This document shows positions 47,580-60,704 of a DNA stretch of 64,000 nucleotides, one piece after another. Every line of letters begins with the position of its first letter. Position 1 is the stretch's first letter. Origin of the DNA: the human T2T-CHM13v2.0 reference genome, Homo sapiens; NCBI RefSeq assembly GCF_009914755.1, contig NC_060931.1; one strand, 5' to 3'. The position numbers and the translations under genes are program-made. Below the pieces are notes generated by a model that did not search any database, was not told where the DNA came from, and saw only the letters and a program-made list of their open reading frames with translations.

Positions 47580-48536
47580 CGTGCAGTAGGAGTTACACGA
47601 AGTGCGGGTCTGCACTTGGGGTGGTCAGCACGGCGGATGCCCAGCAAAGGCACTGCCTGGTCCACATCCCGGAGTGGTCTCTACGCCCCAGTCGGCATCG
47701 CAGCTGATGGTGAAACTTTTGGTGTGGCAGAAGAGTGTCCACAAACTTTGGAAGGTATCCGCTGCCTCCTCCATAGCCGTGTATCCCTGCCGAGGGTGAT
47801 CATCTCGAGGAGCGGAAAGTCCTGCTCATGGGCCAGGGCTGGCTGGCTGGAGCCACTTGCGCGGCGCAGCCCTGGCGGAGGTTCAGGCGGTCCCGGTGTC
47901 GCAAGCGGCTGTGAGTGATGCCTCCTTGGGGCCGGAGGGGTCCCAGGAAGGCTCCAGACCAGGGCTGACCAGCGGGCAGCATGGTGGCCGCGATGGAAGG
48001 TGACGGGGTTCGCAACGCCAGGGGACCCAGCAGAGCCCGAGCCCGGGCATCCCGCATCTCCAGCAGCACCCCGGGTAGGCGCTGGTGACGTGGCGGCCAG
48101 TGCACAAGGCCCACGACCCAGTCCCAGAGGCCAGCCCATCATCAGCTAACTTCAGGAATCCCGGGCCAGCTGAGGCCCCGGGCCCCACGGGCAAGACAAA
48201 AGGCAGAGGGTCCGCAGGCAGGGCCGAGAGCAGGCAGCCCAGGCCTGGCTCCACCGCCGCGGAGCTCGCAGGGCGCAGCAGGCACCGGGCAGCGACCAGG
48301 GCTTCCAGAGGAGGCTGTGCACCCCCGCAAAGGCTCCTGCCCAGCGTCCAGCCTATCCGCGGGGACTCCACGTGCACCCCCTCCTCATTGTCCTTGTCTA
48401 GGGCCTCGGCAAGCTCCTCGCTCCCATGGCGTGACTTCAGGGGCGCAGGAGCCTGGGCTGAGCAGGTGGAGTAGGGTGAGCACCGCCAAGAACCCAGTGA
48501 GAGTGGCGCCCCAGGGCGGCACAGGAGGCCGCATTT
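47580..48536. promoter_or_regulatory. CpG island of unidentified origin
   Basis: About 950 bp, very GC-rich with many CpGs, and sharp transitions to AT-rich DNA on both sides. Confidence 0.75.
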
Positions 48537-49354
48537 AACGTGTCAATCATCTCAAAGATATTATGGCATCTTCTTTTTTTTGACATCTTATAATATCTAT
48601 AATGTCTATTATATCTTGTGATAGAATTATTAACACCACTTCATTGTGATTATTATGATTATTTTTATACCAACACATCTTCAATTATTAATATTCCCAG
48701 TTGCTAGAGAAAAATGAAACGACTAGTTTTGAAAGCCTTACTTCTGCCAATGGAAGCACATTCCAGCATGTCGCCAACGCAATCCATTTTCCACCACTTT
48801 CACAAGAAAAGTTACGGCACAATTATACTATCCTACCCTTATATACTTTTTGTGCATGTGTACTTGTATGTATGTATGTTATATATGTTATATATATATA
48901 TATATATATATGTAAAATACGCCACAGATGAACAAGGATTAGAAAATTAAATGCACACAGGTCATGTCAGTGCTATGTATAATGTGGTGTACTAAGTATA
49001 GATGTTCAACAGTGTGGGATCCAGGCTGGGACAAGACTCCTAGTCTTAAGCAATTCTTTCTAGGTTCAGTCTCTGGAAATAATGCTTTGTATCAAATGTG
49101 CGAGAAAATTAATGGGTTTTAAAGACTATTCTATGTCAACTATAACATTTCCTTTGGGGATTTCTGTCCCTTATAATATCTACCTCATTTTTGATGGATT
49201 CCTTGGGGCCTGGTTTTTCTTTTCCTTTCTACACATCGCTGTTCAGAGTGATGGATGGAGTTGTATTTTGAATAAAATAGCTAAGCATCCTTTTGTGAGC
49301 AAGGAGCATGATGGTACTCAGACCTACCATTTCTCGTTACAGTGGTTACAGTTA

Positions 49355-52300
49355 CCTGGTGCCTGGACGTCCACTGGGACATGATACCCACTGGGATGTT
49401 TTTGTTTCAACCTGGTCTCTGATGTCAACCTGGGGATTGGGTATCCACCTAAGACCTGATGTTTACTTGGAGCCAGATGTGCACCTGAGGCCTGATGTCT
49501 ATCTGTGGCCTTGTGTTCACCTGGGGACTGATGCACACCTGAAGCATAGGTATTCACCTGGGGCCTGATATCCACCTGTAGTATGGGTGTCAACCTTGGG
49601 GCGGATGTTCAGCTGGCGTCCACTGTCTACTTGGGGCCTGGTGTACCCATGGGGCCTGGGCATCCACCTGAGACTTGATGTTTAATATGGTCTGGAGTTC
49701 TCTTGGGGCCCGTTGTACCCCGGAGCCTGGGTGTACACCTGGAGCATGATGTCCCAGGTGGACACCTGGGTCCCAGGTGATCTTCAGGCCCTAGGTGAAA
49801 ACTCCAGGCTCTAAGTGGACAACCAGGCCCCAAGCTGATGTTTACTGGGGCCAGATGTCTACGAGGCCCCAGGTGAAAAGTCCAGGCTCCAAATGGACAG
49901 CATGGCCCCACGTTCCAGGTAGACATTGGAATCCAAATCAACACCAGGCCCAAGATGGACACGCAGGCCTGTGGTGGACATCAGACTCCAGAAGGTCATC
50001 TGGCTTGAGGTGGACATCAAGCCCCAGGTGGATACCTAGTCCCCAGGTGGATATCAGGCCCCACTTTGACACCAGTCCCTGGGTAGATACCTAGGCCTCA
50101 GGTGGATATCCAGTCTCTAGCTAAGCATCAGGCTCCAGGTGGACCCAGTCCCTAGCTGACTGGGGACTAGTGTTCATATGGGGCCACATGTCCATCTGGG
50201 CCCTAGATGTCAACTTGTAGCCTGATGTCAACCTGGGAGCTGGTGTTCACCAGAGGACTAAAGTCCTCCTGGTGCCTGATGTCCAACTTGGGACATTGTG
50301 TCCACCTGGAGACTGATGTCCACTTGGGACCAGATGTCCAACTGGAGCAAGATGTCCACCTGTAGCCTAGAACTTCACCTAAGGCCTGATGTTCCCCAGG
50401 GCCTACAGGGCCTACGTATCTACCTAGGGACTTTTGTCCAGGTGGGGCCTGAGTTCCATCTGGGGCCTGCAATTAACCTGGGACCTGATGTCCACCTGAG
50501 GCCTGGGTGTTCCTCTGGAGTCTGATATCTATCTGGGGCCTGGGTGTCCTCCTGTGGTCTGATGTCCACTTGTAGGCTGGTGTCCACCTGGGGCCTGGGT
50601 GTCCACCTAGGAACCTGATGTATACCTGAAGTCCAGTATCTACCTGGGTACTGATGTCTACCAGGAAAGTGATATAAACCTGGGGCCTGATAGCCACCTG
50701 GGCCCTGAGTGTCCACATATGTTCTGATTTCCACTTTTGGCCTGAGTGTAGGGCCTGAGTGCCACCTGGGTCCTGATGTTCACCAGGAACCTAGGTATTC
50801 ACTTGGGGCTTGCTGTTCACCTGGGGCCTAATGTCCCTGCGAGACCTGGTATTCACCTAGGGCCTGGGCAGCCACCTGTGGCCTGATGTTCAGTTGGTGA
50901 CTAGGAATTCCACTAAGGCTTGATGTCCACCTGGGGCATAGGTAACCACTTGTGGCCTAGTGTTCCCCTGAAGCCTAGGTGTCACCCAGGGCATAATGTC
51001 TTCTTGGGGCCTGCTGTCCACCTGCAGACTGGTGTCTGCATAGGGCCGGTATCTACCTGGGGTCTGGTGTCTGCCTGGGGCCTACTGTCCACCTGAAGAC
51101 TGAGTATAGACCTCAGACCTGATGTATGCCTGGGGCCTATTTATTGACGTGGGGACTAGCATTCATCTTGGGCCTCATGTCCACTTAAGCCCTGGGTGTC
51201 AACCTGGTGCCTAATGGCCACCAGGGATCTATGTACTCACTTGAGGCCTGGTGCTCCGACAGGGCCTAGGTATACACCTGGGGAATGATGTGCAGGTGGA
51301 GATGGATGTCTTCCTGGGTGCTGGTGTTCACCTGGGGACAAGGGTCTCCCTGGGGACCGGTGTTTATCGGGAGTCTCATATTCACCTTGAACCTGCTGTC
51401 TACCTAGGGCCTGATGTCCATGTTAAGGTTGGGTGTCCACCTGGGACCTGGTTGTCCACTTGGGACCTAATGTCTACCTAAGACCTAGTGTTCACCTACA
51501 GCCTGGGTGTCCACCTGGAGCCTGATGTTCAGCTGCAGATGCATCCACCCGAGACCTAGGTATCCACCCAGGGTCCGGTGTTGAACTGGGGTCTTATGTC
51601 CACCTGGGGACTAGATACCTACCTGAGGCTTGATGTCCACCTGGAGCCCGATATCCACCTCAGAGCTGGGTGTCCACCCAGGTTCTGGTATCCACATGGA
51701 GCCTGGTGTTCATCTGGGGCCCAGTGCCCACCTGGAACCTGGGTATCACCATGGGGCCTGGGTGTCCACTTGGAACGTGATGGGCACCTGGGACCTGAGT
51801 TTCCACCTAGGGCCTGATGACCACCTGAGGTCCAGGTGTCCACCTGGGGTCTGATGTCTACCTGAAGCCTAGGTAACCACCTAGGGCATGGTGTTACCTG
51901 TGCCTTGATTTGCACCTGAGCCTGCTGTACACCTGGGGCCTTTAGACTCCAAATGTCCATCTGAGGCCTGATGTACACCTCAAGTCCAGTGTCCACTTGT
52001 GGCCTGATGTCAACTTGGAAGCTGATATCCACCGGGGGACTGATGTTCTCCTGGGGCCTGATATCCGACTGGGATCAGATGTTCACCTAAGGCCTGGAGT
52101 TAATCTGGGGCCTGATGGTCACCAGGGTCCCAGGTGTCCACCTAGGGCCTAGTGTCCAACTAGGGCCTGATGTCCACCTGGAGTCTAGCATCCGCCTTGG
52201 CCCTGATGCTACTTGCAGCCTGGGTGTCTTCCTAGAACCTGAGTCCCCAGCTGGGCCCTGATGTCCACCTGAGGCCTGGTGTCCTTATAAGGCCTGATAT

Positions 52301-52540
52301 CTACCTAAGGCCTGGGTATCCTCCTGCAGCCTGATGCTCACCTGTAGGCTGGTGTCCATATGGGGCCTGGGTGTCCACCTGTGAGCCTGATGTACACCTG
52401 GAGTCCAGTGTCCCCTTGGTTACTGATATGTACCAGGAAAATGGTATATACCTGGGGCCTGATATACACCTGGAGCCTGTGTGTCCACTTGAGCCCTGAT
52501 GTCCACCTGGGGCCTCGTGTTTACCTGGGGCCTGTATCCA
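49355..52540 (+). repeat. Degenerate 18/19-bp minisatellite (CTGGGGCCTGATGTCCAC / CTGGGGCCTGGGTGTCCAC), roughly 170 units, with an inverted block at ~49753-50158
   Basis: Seen directly; copy number estimated as length divided by ~18.5. Confidence 0.9.
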
Positions 52541-54399
52541 CCCACTACCCAAAGTCAAGTTGGGAAAAGCGCCCAGGATAGGTGAGGAGCACAGAACAGG
52601 GACCTCATTCATAAGAAATTCTGCTGTAGAATGGGTGCTCTAAGCTCTTAAAACAGCCTCTGCCTCAGGAAAGACTGTCCAGGGCATAGGAAGCCCACAC
52701 ACAGGGTGGGATGACAAGTTTGCATCTGGCACTGCTGGGAGCCCTGGGGGCCTCTGCCCTTTTGGCCACGTTGTCTCCTGCCTCTTAGGGTGGTGGGATT
52801 CTGGGCTCTCATTGCAGCAGGTGGATTCACTTAGCTCTCCTCCCCTTTTAGCATTACTGTCTTCTGTAATAAACCTCTCACTTTGACCTGCCAGGCTGTC
52901 AAATGCTTTGATTGCCCTCTCTGTTTTGTTCCAATGGTTCATCATTCCAAATATCCACAATAGAAGGACAGATTTTAGTCTCTTCATACAATGGGATATT
53001 TCGCAGCTATTAAAACAAATAAAATAAATGCTTGTATATTGATATGCAAAGTTGTCCCACATCAATAACTTTTAAACACATTTTATGATCCCACATCTAT
53101 ATCTATACATAATGTTTGCCACTGCTTAAACCAAACAAAATCTAAGCTTTAGACTCCAAATGGAATTACAGGGGAGTCTTGATGTCTGTGTTCTGCAGTT
53201 CTGTCATGTTTGAAATTGTCAAATAAACATGGTGCCTTTCTGATAGCCACTCAGAATTCCTCCTCTCTGTCCACAAAGCATTTTCACCCTCCCTGTCCCA
53301 TTTGCCCCAGCCCCGTGGAGCTTGCTGAGCTGGCACCATCCTCTCTTGTAATAGACAAAGACATTGAGGACCGGAGAGGGGAAGCACCTTGTTGACATCC
53401 CACAGCTCTGAGTCAAAGTGGAATTGGACTCCCTTACTAGCTGTTTCCTAAAGTCCAGGGAGCCCTGGAGGCCCAGGAATGTAAGGGTTGGAGCCTGGGG
53501 CTTTCTGTCCTGAAGTAGGGGAGGTGGGGCTACGCCTCACGGCTTGAGTGCATTTCCTCTCAAGTACAATAAGGGCTGCTTTGTAAGATGAAAAATATAA
53601 ATGGCTGCCTGCAAATTTGTCAGGTAATGTGTTTGTCTCCCCTATGGGACTGTAAACTTGGTATAAGCAGGGACCTGTCTGAATCACCCTAGTGTCCCCA
53701 GCACCAGGCCAGAGACTGACATACAAAATGACTGACTTCATTAAATACCAACACCTTCTAGGTGCCAGGTACTGCTCTAGATGCTGGAATCTGCAGTGAA
53801 TAAGATACCCAGAATCCCTGCCCCTGTGTAGCCCTCACTGTAGTACAGCAGAACAGATGATGAATAAGTAAGCATGTGGGGTGTGAGATGGGTGGGAGAG
53901 CTGCATTGTGGAACGGGGCAGTGTGCAAAGCAGACACTTAGGAAAGAACCTGAGGGTTGAGCTGTGGATATGATGGAGAAAAGTCACCCCTAACATGAGT
54001 GCAGACACTCCAGCTACAATAACAAGCGAAGGTGGAGAAGGAAGCACAGAGGCAAGCAGCTGGGGAGATGTGGGGGTGGGATCCAGGGAAGGGTCTCTCT
54101 TTATCTATTTTCAAATTGAATAGGAAGCAAGGCAGCAGGTGTAAGGAAGACTGGGGAAGGTTTTAGAGGTTTAAGGAGGAAGGAGAAGGCACGATACTGT
54201 TGCCTGGGGACAAGGCAGCACTTCCAGGGCTGGGTGCCTGGGCTCCAGGGCAAGTCGCTTCATCTCTTCCTGTGCCAGCATCCCCTCAGCTGTGAAATGG
54301 TGATTATTATAGAACAGATTCATAGAGTTTTATGATAATTAAATCAGTTGGTATTCATAACATGCTTAGATTATATATATTTTTATTAAAATAACAAAT

Positions 54400-55000
54400 A
54401 AAGAAGTCTGGCAGACTTATGGACTCAGGAAATGAGTGAGTTTGCAGGACATCATCCAGGGCCCACTGGAGGTTTGGGCTTGATGATTAAATGAGAGCAG
54501 AAGGCACGTGTGTTTCTCTCTGGCTTTGCTCAGCCACCTGAGTGCAGGAGCAGAGGGAGTGGGTGGCTGGATTTCAGCAGAGTGCAGTTTTGCCCTGGGA
54601 GTACAATCAATTGTGGGCAAGAGAGTGGAGAGTGTTAGAGAGGGTGGATGACAGGCTGGACCATATAGTGTCAGCTGGGAGGAGGGGAAATTTGCAAGAA
54701 AGTGAGTGAGACACATAAGTGAAAATTTGGAGTAATTGAAGTGTGTTGGATTTGGGAGGCAGCTGGAAAAAAGAAAGTGGTGGTCAAAAAAAGGGTGTTT
54801 GAAATTGAGGGTCTGGAGTGGCTACATTTTCTGCAGTGACAAGGACAAAAATATACAGGTAGGAGTGGGTGACTCAGGGAGGGTGGAGACAACGTCTCCA
54901 GGGGCGGAGGGACCAAGAGCCAGAGCATGAGGAGGACTCTCTATGTGCATGTTGGCATCACCTCAGCAGGAGAAAGTGCCCATGAACTGGGAGCCAAGGC
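54400..55000 (-). mobile_element. L2 fragment
   Basis: ttcagcagagtgcagttttgcc...ggaggcagctggaaaaagaaagtggtggtca...gaaattgag. Confidence 0.5.
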
Positions 55001-55069
55001 TTCAATGCATAGGGATGTGGCCCTGGGTGCAATCTGAGGGCAAGAGCTTCAATATTGATTCCCTTCATG

Positions 55070-55687
55070 TGTCACCGTGTCCTTGGGTAATTTTTCTTGT
55101 GCAAACGTCACAAAGTGTGCTTACACACACCTCAATATTGTACCTACCGTACACCTAGGCTCTATGGCACAGCCTACTGCTCTCAGGCTGCACACCTGGG
55201 CACAGGTTATTGCAGTGAATACTGTTGGCAGTTGTAGCACAATGGTCAGTACTTGTGCATTTAAACATATCATGAAAAGTGCAGTAAAAGCATAGTATTG
55301 CACTATATAAAAATATAGTATGGTACCTAGACATGGTGCACTGGTCTAGGACACTTACCATGAATGGAACGTGTAGGGCTGGAAGCTTCTCTGGGTGAGT
55401 CAGTGAGTGGTGAGTGAAGGTGAAGTCCTAGGGCATGACTGCACTACTGTAGATTTTATAAACACTGGACACTTAGGCTACACTATGAGATATATATTTC
55501 TTTTTCTATAGAATTATAAATCTTTTTTAATAAATATATTTTTAAAGTAACTGTGCCATAACGTTACAATTGTTATGTCACTGGGCTAGGCAGTAGGTGT
55601 CTTTCGGCTCCATTATAATTTCATGGGTCCACCACTGCACATGCGGTCTGGGTTAACAGAAACATCATTTCGTGGCACATGAATGTA
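55070..55687 (+). mobile_element. Tigger3 (Golem) family DNA transposon
   Basis: acacctaggctctatggcacagcctactgctc...cacttaccatgaatgga...ctctgggtgagtcagtgagtgg...gaaacatcatttcgtggcacatgaatgta TIR. Confidence 0.85.
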
Positions 55688-56388
55688 TTTTTATGGGAGA
55701 GAAAGATGATGAGCTGAAAGAGGGAGGCAATGAGAAGCAAGGAGGACCTATGCTGCTCAGGCCCAGGGAAGGGCTGCAGCAGAGGACAGCAAGGCAGCAG
55801 TGACCTCAGGGGATCGGGCCTCTTACTCACAGCAAGGAAGAAAAGGAAGAGTTCCCTGAGGCTGCTGGAAACCAGGGGGCTGCTGGTGCTGGAGCAGGAT
55901 TTTGAGGACATGCAAAAGGGTTTCAGCAAGGGAGGGAGGGAGGAAGGAACTGGGGAGAGAGGGTCAGCCCAAGATAACCAGGCCTCTCCCAGGAATCTTC
56001 TGGCCACTCAGAAGCAGTGGTCATGCCCAGTTGAGTCCACAAAGGGCACCCAGTGCTCAGCGTGAGAACCTGGCCTGCCTATTGCCCAGCCCTCACACAG
56101 CCCAGCCATTGCTGCCACCTGCTGTAGCCCCTAAGATGGAACAGACTGGCCTTGTCCTCAACAGCCCTCACTGAGGCAGGTAAAAACACAGGCACCTGTG
56201 ATAAGAGGCAGGCAGAGGCAAGTCACATAGTAGTGGCAGACCAGGTGCTGCAGGAGCCCAGTGCGATGGGCACTGAGTCCAGGCAGGCTTTGTAGAGGCA
56301 ATGACTCAGGATTTGTGTTCCGGCTGTGATGGTGGCACATCCAGGAAGCAGCGCATGGTCCAGCTGGGCACATTGGGACTGGAGGCTG

Positions 56389-56465
56389 TTTTTTTGTTTT
56401 TGTTTTTGAGACGGAGTCTCACTCTGTCTCCAGGCTGGAGTGCAGTGGCATGATCTAAGCTCACT
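56389..56465 (-). mobile_element. Short 5'-truncated Alu with probable TSD ggaggctg(g)tttt
   Basis: T-tail, gagacggagtctcactctgt...gctcact, and a flanking direct repeat. Confidence 0.75.
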
Positions 56466-57076
56466 GGAGGAGGCTGGTTTTTAATGAGTCTCGAGGCCAA
56501 GGCAAGGGTCATGACCAGGGTCCAGCCTCAGTAATGCACTCACCCCTTCACCCTGGGGCACTGCTGCAGGCCCACCATCAGCAGCCTACATTTGCTCCCC
56601 TCCTGCCCTCTCTTCCCAGGAAGCCCCTCACCTGTCACTTCCTGAAGAATATGGAAGCCAAGGAGGTCTTCTTCAGGCATTCCTCTCCACCCATGCACTT
56701 CCTCCCTCCCTGCCAGCTTCAAAGGAATTGATTTCCAGAGAGACCCTTCCCAGTTGCCCCACCTTTCCGTCAGCCTCTTCCAGGAACTGTCCTCTGACAT
56801 CTCTCTGTCTAGGTCTCCTTGTCACTCTTGTGCACACCAAGACTGTTCTCCCTTTTCCTGTCAGCCACTGAGTCCACTCAGATATCTTCTGCTTCCCAAA
56901 ATTAAAATTACAAACCAAAACAGAGACAGCTTCCATGACCTTACACATTGTAGACACTTGGCTACAGCAGTGAATGACATAAACAAAGTCCCTTTCCTCA
57001 TGTAGCCCTCATGCTAGTAGAGTGAAACAGATAATAAATAAACTAGTCAAATGTTCAGCATGTGAGTTGGTGATGA

Positions 57077-57222
57077 CAGCACGGTGCTTCATGCCTGTAA
57101 TCCTAGTGCTTTGGGAGACCGAGATGTGAGGATGGCTAAGGTCAGGAATTTGAGACCAGTCTGGGTAACATAGTGAGACCCTGTATCTACAAAAAATAAA
57201 ATAAAATAAAATAAAATAAAGG
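57077..57222 (+). mobile_element. FLAM/Alu monomer with (TAAAA)n tail
   Basis: catgcctgtaatcctagtgctttggga...gtgagaccctgtatctacaaaa. Confidence 0.8.
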
Positions 57223-58139
57223 AAAAGTGAAGGAGGATGGAATGTATCAGTGGGAAAGGGGGATGGGAGAGCCACATTTTAGACAGGGTGGTCCAGGAGG
57301 GTATAGCTCCAACCACTATTCCTCTGGCCCATTCCACATCTATCCCCATCCCACCCCCTGCACAGTGCTTGGGTCAAAGCCTCTCAGTCTTGCTTGTATT
57401 TTCCCAGAGTGATCCAGGGACCAACTCCATCAGAACAGTGGGGTGAGGTCACAGCCCCTGCCTGTGAGAAGTGCAGATTCCTCTGCCTGGACCAGAATCC
57501 CTGGGAACTGGACCCAGGAATTTCCCAAGATCTCTGGGGGACTCTGAGACAGCCCAAAGTATGGGAGCTGCAGATTTTCTCCTGAAAAGGGAGCACTGTC
57601 TCAAGGGGTCCAGGTCACCCACCTCTACCTTGTAGCCACCAGACCAGTCTGAGCCTTGGAGAATGCTGCTCTTTCCTCCTGGAATGCCCTTCCCAGCTTT
57701 CCTTGCCTGGTAACTCTTACACATCCCGCAAGACCCAACTCAAGGACCACCTACTCCTGACGTCACTCCCTGAACTTTCTCCTGTGTTTCCACTCTCCTC
57801 TTCACCAAGCGATGTTGACATTTCTATGGGGCCATCTCTCTCTCTCTCTAGACCAGAAATGCCTACAGTTGCGGACCCCTGTAGTGCAATTTGTGTCAGT
57901 CTGGGGAGAGTGGATTTGGAGCCCAACCACCACTGAGGAAAATCTGTCTGATGGACATGGTGGGTTCCAGCCCAGACACAGGGGTCAGCGAGGGGTGGTG
58001 TGACAGTGAGCACAGACCCTGGGTGGTGGTGACAGTGGCTGTCATGGGGAGGAAAGGAATGGAAAAGGGACCTCATGGGAGCAGAAAGACAGGCCTTAGC
58101 TGCAGATGGGCCAGGACCCCGCCAGGAATCCAGAACACG

Positions 58140-58300
58140 CATCCTAATCCCAGCTCCACTATAAGTCCACAGCGGAACCCTGGCAACGACTTTCCCCTTT
58201 CTGAGCCTCATTTTACTCATCAGTAAAATGGTGACAATAACTCCAACTTCACCAAGGAGATGCCAGGCTCAATGAGATGATGGATCTGAAAATGCCTTAT
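58140..58300 (+). mobile_element. MIR
   Basis: aatcccagctccact...ctgagcctcattttactcatcagtaaaatgg. Confidence 0.7.
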
Positions 58301-60525
58301 GTTTCATGGCACAAAGGAGAGGGATTCCTGACATGCGACAAGCACAGGGAGAGAGGAAGGATGGGGTCTGTAAGTGGCCAGGTGGCAGCCCCACCCTTCC
58401 ACACACACAAACACCCACCGTATCACCCACGCTGGTGATTTTCCCAGGAGGGCTCCCGGCCTGGAATTAGCACTGCCAGGTGGGCAGGGAGGACTGCAGT
58501 CCCATTACAGGGGTGAGGAAACAGGCTGCGGATGGTCCCACAGGGAATAAGGAACAGGGTCTAGCTCTCCACTGCAGGCAGGGAAGATTAAACTTGCTCC
58601 CTGGGAAGAGGAAGGGAGGCATTGACTGGCACTCCGTGATTTAGATGAGAAGCCCAGGCTCAGCCCGGTGACTTGAGCTTCCTCATGTAGAACGTGAAGG
58701 ATGCAGAGGAGACAGAGAGCAGGAGGAAGAAGATAAGGAAGAGAGCAGCAAACTGGAGTCACTACAGGACACTAGCTACTCCAGGCTGCTCTGTCCCATT
58801 CTAAGAGAAAAGGAAAAGTGGGAGAGGGGATCACAGATCATGTCCAGATTCCTCACTGACATGGATGCTGCTATGGAAACTAAGATGGTCCAGGTTTGTG
58901 GTGGGAGAGATTGCAACGCTCTGCTTCCTGGAAATCTGTGTTTACAGCCAACACAGTTGCTGCCCAAGACGGCCCCACCTGAAGACCCCAGAGCTGCCCC
59001 AGCTTGCCAGGCTTCCCGTACTCCTGTTATCACCCCATGCTGCTGAGAACCTGCCTGGCAGGCTGCCCAGCCAAGGCCAGGACCTAATCTCAAGTGAAAC
59101 TGACATGTCCTTGTGAGGGCTGAGGAACATCCTCTCTCCCCACAGAGCCTCATTCAGGTTCTCATCTACTTCCTTGCGGTCTGCCCCCGCTCCCTCAGGA
59201 GTTTGGAACCACATACTGTTCTGGAGGGGACCTCTCACTGCTGCCGAACCTGTCCTCCAGGATACCCACAAGTGTTCATCTCGGTCGTGGCTAAACAACT
59301 TATCATATGGTAGTGAACTATCTTCTGGGGCCCCAATATTTTGTTTATTTTTTAAAAATAAAATTAGTACCATTGTTTATTTTCTGAATGTACAGAAATA
59401 TTTGTCTGATTATTATTTACATGCCCTTTGGGAAAACTTTATAAAATAAAAAAAATGAAGGAGAATCCTACCACGCAGAGATAATCACTTTATTTTTCTA
59501 TTCATATTTGCACATACAGGTATATATGGGATCATGCTCTGTATCTGTTGGGAGTGCATTAATCTGAAAGTTCAGTCACTTAAACAAAGACAGGTTCATT
59601 TTTCTTACATAGTTAGAGTATCTATGGTTCCTGGCTATGGTTCACTGGTTCAACAATGTTAGGCCCAGCATCTTTGTGAGTCTATTGGAATTTAGCTTAT
59701 GGCTGTAAGACGGCTACCGAAGCTCCAACCACTACATGAGTTTACAAGGCCAGCAAAAGCAGTCACTTCCGTATTCTTATTAGAAAAGCAAGAACGTCAG
59801 AGGTGACCCCCAGAGGATTTCTCTTTAGGTGTGGAAATCTGTGTTTAGATTGGCCAGAACCCGATCTCATGGCCATCCCTAGCACTAGAGAATAGCATTG
59901 TCATGATTGACTTTGGATCAGTCATAATTTATTGACTGAGAGTGCGCATGTGGTCCCCCAAAGATGATCAAGAAAGGAGGGAATTTGCAGTGTGTACTAC
60001 AGCACGCATGCTGTTTTATGATCTGCTCTTTCTCTTAATTGCATATTTCAAACATCTTTCCATACTAAGAAATATAGATTCAGTCATTCATTTAACAACA
60101 AATTATTGAGAGTGTACTGTGTTCCAGGAACTTAACTTGGCATGGAGGACACAACAATGAACATAGTATACTCCTTGCCTCCATGGAGCTTAGGATCTAA
60201 TGAGGGATACAGAAATTCATCAAAGAGGTTCACAAAGAAATGTAAAATTACGATTGTAATTTGTGCTGAAAAGGAGGGAGGTGTGTGGTGTGTGAGAGAA
60301 GTGACAGGAGATTTGACTCAATCAGGAGGGTCTGTGTTCTGAATAGCCATAAACCAGCCCCTTGCCTAGCTGTAGCACAATTATTTAGCCAATCTCTTAT
60401 TGCTGGACATTTACATTCTTCCCACATCTTACTTACTATCATCAATGCAACAGTAAATATCCTTCTCTAAGTACCGCTTGGCACACTTGTCTGATTATTT
60501 CCTCGGGATAAATTCCTAGGGTAAA

Positions 60526-60652
60526 GCCAGGCACCATGGTTCATGCCTGTAATCACAGCTACTCAGGAGGCCAAAGTGGGAGGATCACTCGTGGCCAGTA
60601 GTTCGTGGCCAGCCTGGGCAACATAGGGAAGTCTTGACTCAAAAAAAAAAAA
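60526..60652 (+). mobile_element. FLAM/Alu monomer
   Basis: gccaggcaccatggttcatgcctgtaatc...cagcctgggcaacatag followed by an A tail. Confidence 0.75.
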
Positions 60653-60704
60653 TCCTGGAAGAAATGAACATTTCTTAGATGTCGAATTGCCAGATCAAGG
60701 GGTG

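Noticed and set aside
47457-48536. Processed pseudogene (including DUX4-like) with T27 as its poly(A) tail
   Set aside because: No AATAAA before the tract on the minus strand, no TSD found at the far end, and no homeodomain or other recognisable protein in any frame
49308-52612. Many ORFs with VDIRPQ / DVHLGP repeats; superficial resemblance to a CRISPR array
   Set aside because: Units abut with no unique spacers, the frame shifts with the 18/19-bp units, stops are frequent, and the context is eukaryotic
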